Assembly: GCA_035632195.1 (NCBI GenBank)
Contig: DASQHH010000604.1
Coordinates: 1-36,085, forward strand
Origin: Vicinamibacterales bacterium
GTDB lineage: Bacteria > Acidobacteriota > Vicinamibacteria > Vicinamibacterales > CAVVIG01
Length of the DNA: 36,085 nt
Reading direction: 5' to 3'
Made by a program: the position numbers and the translations under genes. Shown here piece after piece: positions 33,488-36,085 of the stretch (positions within the stretch are counted from its first letter, which is position 1; every line of letters begins with the position of its first letter). The notes beneath the pieces were generated by a model. It did not search any database. It saw only the letters and a list, made by a program, of their open reading frames with translations, and had not been told where the DNA came from.

Positions 33488-34505
33488 GATTCGCCTCCAC
33501 GATCCGTCGATAGACGGCGATGTATTCGTCCACCATCCGCGCGGCGCCGAAACGGGCGACGGCGCGCTCGCGCACGCGGCGCCGATCGAGGTTGAACACG
33601 CGCGGCAGCTCGTTGACCATCTGCTCGAGATCCCCGTAGATCACGCCTGTCACGCCGGCGTCGACGACTTCACGCACGGCGCCTTTGTCGAGGGCGGCCA
33701 CCGGCGTGCCACACGCCATCGCTTCGGCGAGCACGAGGCCGAACGGCTCGCGCGACTGAATGGGGTAGATCAGCGCGCGCGCGCCGCCGTACAGCTTTAC
33801 TTTCTCCTCGAAGCTCGCTTCCCCGTAGTAAATGATGTGCCGGCCGTCGACGTGCGGCGCGACTTTTTCTCGGTAGTAATCGTCCGCGGCGGCCGCCAGA
33901 ATCAGCTTCATCCCGACGCGCTTGGCGATCTCGATCGCCTGCAGGACCCCCTTGCCTTCGGTGAACCGGCCGAGGAAAAGGAGATAGTCGTCAGGCTTTT
34001 CGTTGAACAGGAAGTTGTCGGTGTCGATGCCGTGCAGGACGGTTGCGACGATGTTCAGGCCGTCGAGCAGTTGTGCCTGTTCGTTCGAGATCGCGACGAA
34101 GGGGGCCTCGGGGTAGCGCGACCAGAGACGGAATTCTGCCTGGCTCGGCGAATTGTGAAGCGTCTGGACGATCGGTGTCGGCGACAGGCGCGCAAACGCG
34201 AGCGACATCGGGTAGTACGCGGCCTCGTAGTGGATGAGATCGAAGTCCCTCGCGCGCTCGACGGCGGCCGCGAGGTTGAGCATTTCGTACAGTTCCCACG
34301 GCCACATGTTCTCGTCGTGCCAGTAGCCGTGCGGGTAGATGGCGTGCAGCTTCGCTCTCGTGGTGGAGTCGCCCGTCGCGAAGAGCGTGACGTCGACGCC
34401 TCGCGCGACGAGGCCTTCGGTGAGCAGCGACGTCATCGTCTCGACCGAGCCCGATTTCGGCGGCGGTATCGTCGTGGCCACCGGCGCGATGTGCGCTATG
34501 CGCAC
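33468..34505 (-). CDS. glycosyltransferase family 4 (GT-B fold)
   Basis: N-terminal [12 protein letters not shown]... from GTG 34505, preceded by GGAGG (34514-34510). C-terminal EX7E region SREPFGLVLAEAMACGTPV. The track extension to 35561 is rejected. Confidence 0.9.
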   Translation of the reverse strand: MRIAHIAPVATTIPPPKSGSVETMTSLLTEGLVARGVDVTLFATGDSTTRAKLHAIYPHGYWHDENMWPWELYEMLNLAAAVERARDFDLIHYEAAYYPMSLAFARLSPTPIVQTLHNSPSQAEFRLWSRYPEAPFVAISNEQAQLLDGLNIVATVLHGIDTDNFLFNEKPDDYLLFLGRFTEGKGVLQAIEIAKRVGMKLILAAAADDYYREKVAPHVDGRHIIYYGEASFEEKVKLYGGARALIYPIQSREPFGLVLAEAMACGTPVAALDKGAVREVVDAGVTGVIYGDLEQMVNELPRVFNLDRRRVRERAVARFGAARMVDEYIAVYRRIVEANRVRQRG

Positions 34506-35614
34506 GCCACCTCCAGCAGCCGCGGGAGGATGACGTTCGCGTCGAAGTGATCGCGCGCGATCTCGGCCGCGCACTTCGAGTGCCGGGCATAGTCGCGATT
34601 GACGGATTCGATGCCGTCGAGCGCTTCGTCGGCGGTCGAGAACGCGAGGAGCCCGTCGCCGGACGGCAGGTGCGCGGTCCAACCCGTATCCTGCACAACG
34701 GCGGGGCGGCCCGCGGCGAGGTAGCACTCGGTGCGGTCGCTGAACCAGCCGGAGCGGTTCGCGACGTAGGTGTGCTTCGCGACGCCGAACTCCGCCTTGG
34801 ACGCCTGGACGAAGTCGCGGTACTGGTCCGGCGTCCTCGACACACCCATCGCCGGCACCGTGTCCCAGCCGTACTCCTGGAGCAGCTTCTGCGGGCCGTT
34901 GATGGCCAGCTCGAACTTCTGCGGCGTCTTCGACGGCAGCTCGATGAAGCGCACGAACTCCTGGTCCTTGTTGCCGCCGACGTCCGTGAAGCTCTCGATC
35001 TGCCACGTCATGACGCTGGTGAAGCGATCGCGCGGCGGCGCGGACGTGCGCCAGTCGTCGAGCGTGATCGGCTGCCACGTCTTGTGCCACGTGAAGTCGC
35101 CGACCGGCACGGGTGACGCCGGCGTTCCGATGTTCGATCCGAACGTGAACAGGCGATCGAACCGCCGGAAGAACGCGACGTACCAGGGCTCGGCCTTCGC
35201 GATGGCGAGCTGCGTGAACGCCGGGTCCGAGTCGATGAAAGCCTTGTGCGGGATGCGCGCGTACTCGTCGCGCCAGAACCACGACCCGCCGGACAGGTTC
35301 AGGAACAGATCCGCCTCGGCGGCGTACGCGCGGACGTGTTCGGCCGTGCGGCCGTGATACGACCCGTCGTAGTTGACGAACGACCACCGGTCGCCGAGGC
35401 CGTACGGCTCGAGCGCCGCGTTGATGTACGACGTGCCGTACGACGGATCGAGCGCGCGCGTGTTCTGAATGGGGTCGTACACGCATTCGCCGGTGTCCTC
35501 GATGTAGAAGACCTCGTGGCCGAGCGCGCGCAGGCCGAGCAGGTACATCAGCGAGCACCACGTCACGCCGCCGAACGGGTACCTCGCGATGATGCCGGCA
35601 AACAGAATCCTCAG
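34496..35614 (-). CDS. GT-B-fold glycosyltransferase-like protein of unrecognised family (the C-terminal half resembles CgeB / Glyco_trans_1_2-type domains); probable CTG start
   Basis: The in-frame, stop-free, GC3-rich sequence upstream of the track start encodes (L)[15 protein letters not shown], a typical first strand plus Gly loop of a GT-B N-domain. GGAGG (35626-35622) lies 7 nt before CTG 35614. C-terminal [16 protein letters not shown] block. The minimal version is 34496-35566 (GTG). Confidence 0.65.
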   Translation of the reverse strand: MRILFAGIIARYPFGGVTWCSLMYLLGLRALGHEVFYIEDTGECVYDPIQNTRALDPSYGTSYINAALEPYGLGDRWSFVNYDGSYHGRTAEHVRAYAAEADLFLNLSGGSWFWRDEYARIPHKAFIDSDPAFTQLAIAKAEPWYVAFFRRFDRLFTFGSNIGTPASPVPVGDFTWHKTWQPITLDDWRTSAPPRDRFTSVMTWQIESFTDVGGNKDQEFVRFIELPSKTPQKFELAINGPQKLLQEYGWDTVPAMGVSRTPDQYRDFVQASKAEFGVAKHTYVANRSGWFSDRTECYLAAGRPAVVQDTGWTAHLPSGDGLLAFSTADEALDGIESVNRDYARHSKCAAEIARDHFDANVILPRLLEVACA

Positions 35615-36085
35615 CGCCGCGCCTCCTGAATCAGTTCGTCGACGGTCTCCGGGTCATCGAGCGATTTGCCCACGGAAAGCCGGGCGCACATCCGCCGGTA
35701 AAGGTCGCTCGTCTTCAGCAGCTCGTCGTGCCGCCCCTGCGCTTCGATGCGGCCGTTGTCGAGGACGAGGATGCGGTCGGCGTCGCGGACCGTCGACAAC
35801 CGGTGAGCAATGACGATGGTCGTGCGTCCCGCGCGCAGGCGCCTGATGGCGCTGAACACGATCTCTTCGGAGATCGCGTCCAGCGACGACGTCGGCTCGT
35901 CGAGGATCAGGATCGGAGCGTTCTTCAGAATCGCCCGCGCGATGCTGAGCCGCTGCCGCTCGCCGCCCGACAGGCTGGCGCCGGCTTCGGCGATCTCCGT
36001 CTCGTAGCCCTTCGGCAGCTTCGAGATGAATTCGTGGGCGTGCGCCGCCTTCGCCGCGTCCTCGATTTCCTTCTTGGTGGCGTCG
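35611..36085 (-). CDS. ABC exporter, ATP-binding domain (MsbA / type I exporter-like), C-terminal part; the 5' end lies right of the window
   Basis: The frame is open to the window edge. ABC signature [14 protein letters not shown], Walker [13 protein letters not shown] and H-loop IVIAHRLST. The track starts at 35859 only because no start codon occurs further upstream in the frame. Confidence 0.9.
   Translation of the reverse strand, partial: DATKKEIEDAAKAAHAHEFISKLPKGYETEIAEAGASLSGGERQRLSIARAILKNAPILILDEPTSSLDAISEEIVFSAIRRLRAGRTTIVIAHRLSTVRDADRILVLDNGRIEAQGRHDELLKTSDLYRRMCARLSVGKSLDDPETVDELIQEARR

Noticed and set aside
1-36085. Looked for CRISPR repeats, IS elements or transposases, integrases, phage genes, toxin-antitoxin pairs and known defence-system signatures
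   Set aside because: I saw no regularly spaced direct repeats, no terminal inverted repeats flanking a transposase-like ORF, and no recombinase, nuclease or defence-associated domains. The window looks like core chromosome rather than a mobile or defence island.

Overview
High-GC chromosomal segment with very tight gene packing: many 1-20 nt overlaps and three convergent 3'-end overlaps. I call 31 protein-coding genes. I found no rRNA, tRNA, CRISPR array, transposase or integrase. The gene content suggests an Acidobacteriota-like soil bacterium, but that is inference only. The pointers are a CarboxypepD_reg-type TonB receptor without SusD, a DUF1800/DUF1501 pair, large secreted PIG-L proteins and an ADOP-permease-like relic. 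Most of the window is housekeeping or scattered metabolism: glgP, panE, ada, FAD oxidoreductases, an acyl-CoA ligase and a 2-oxoacid dehydrogenase E1 alpha/beta pair. The most unusual locus is the right-hand minus-strand operon (31422-36085+). It joins an MsbA-type ABC exporter, a GT-B protein of unrecognised family (probably CTG-initiated), a GT4 glycosyltransferase, an LmbE/PIG-L deacetylase and a Zn-ribbon SAM methyltransferase, with no spacers between genes. It has the 'add GlcNAc, then de-N-acetylate' logic of mycothiol, bacillithiol and GPI pathways, but an otherwise unmatched gene set. Secondary points of interest: an orphan cobalamin-type radical SAM gene linked to DedA and a 3D-domain protein; an anomalous 691-bp gap upstream of that gene; a tandem HD-GYP protein with complementary motif degeneracy, joined to the E1 alpha/beta genes; two divergent genes whose start codons share one CATG; and a recurrent -10-like hexamer 6-14 nt upstream of start codons, which suggests leaderless or near-leaderless mRNAs. 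Many long ORFs in the supplied track are antisense or out-of-frame artefacts of the high GC content and were rejected. All family assignments come from motif recognition by eye; no searches were run.
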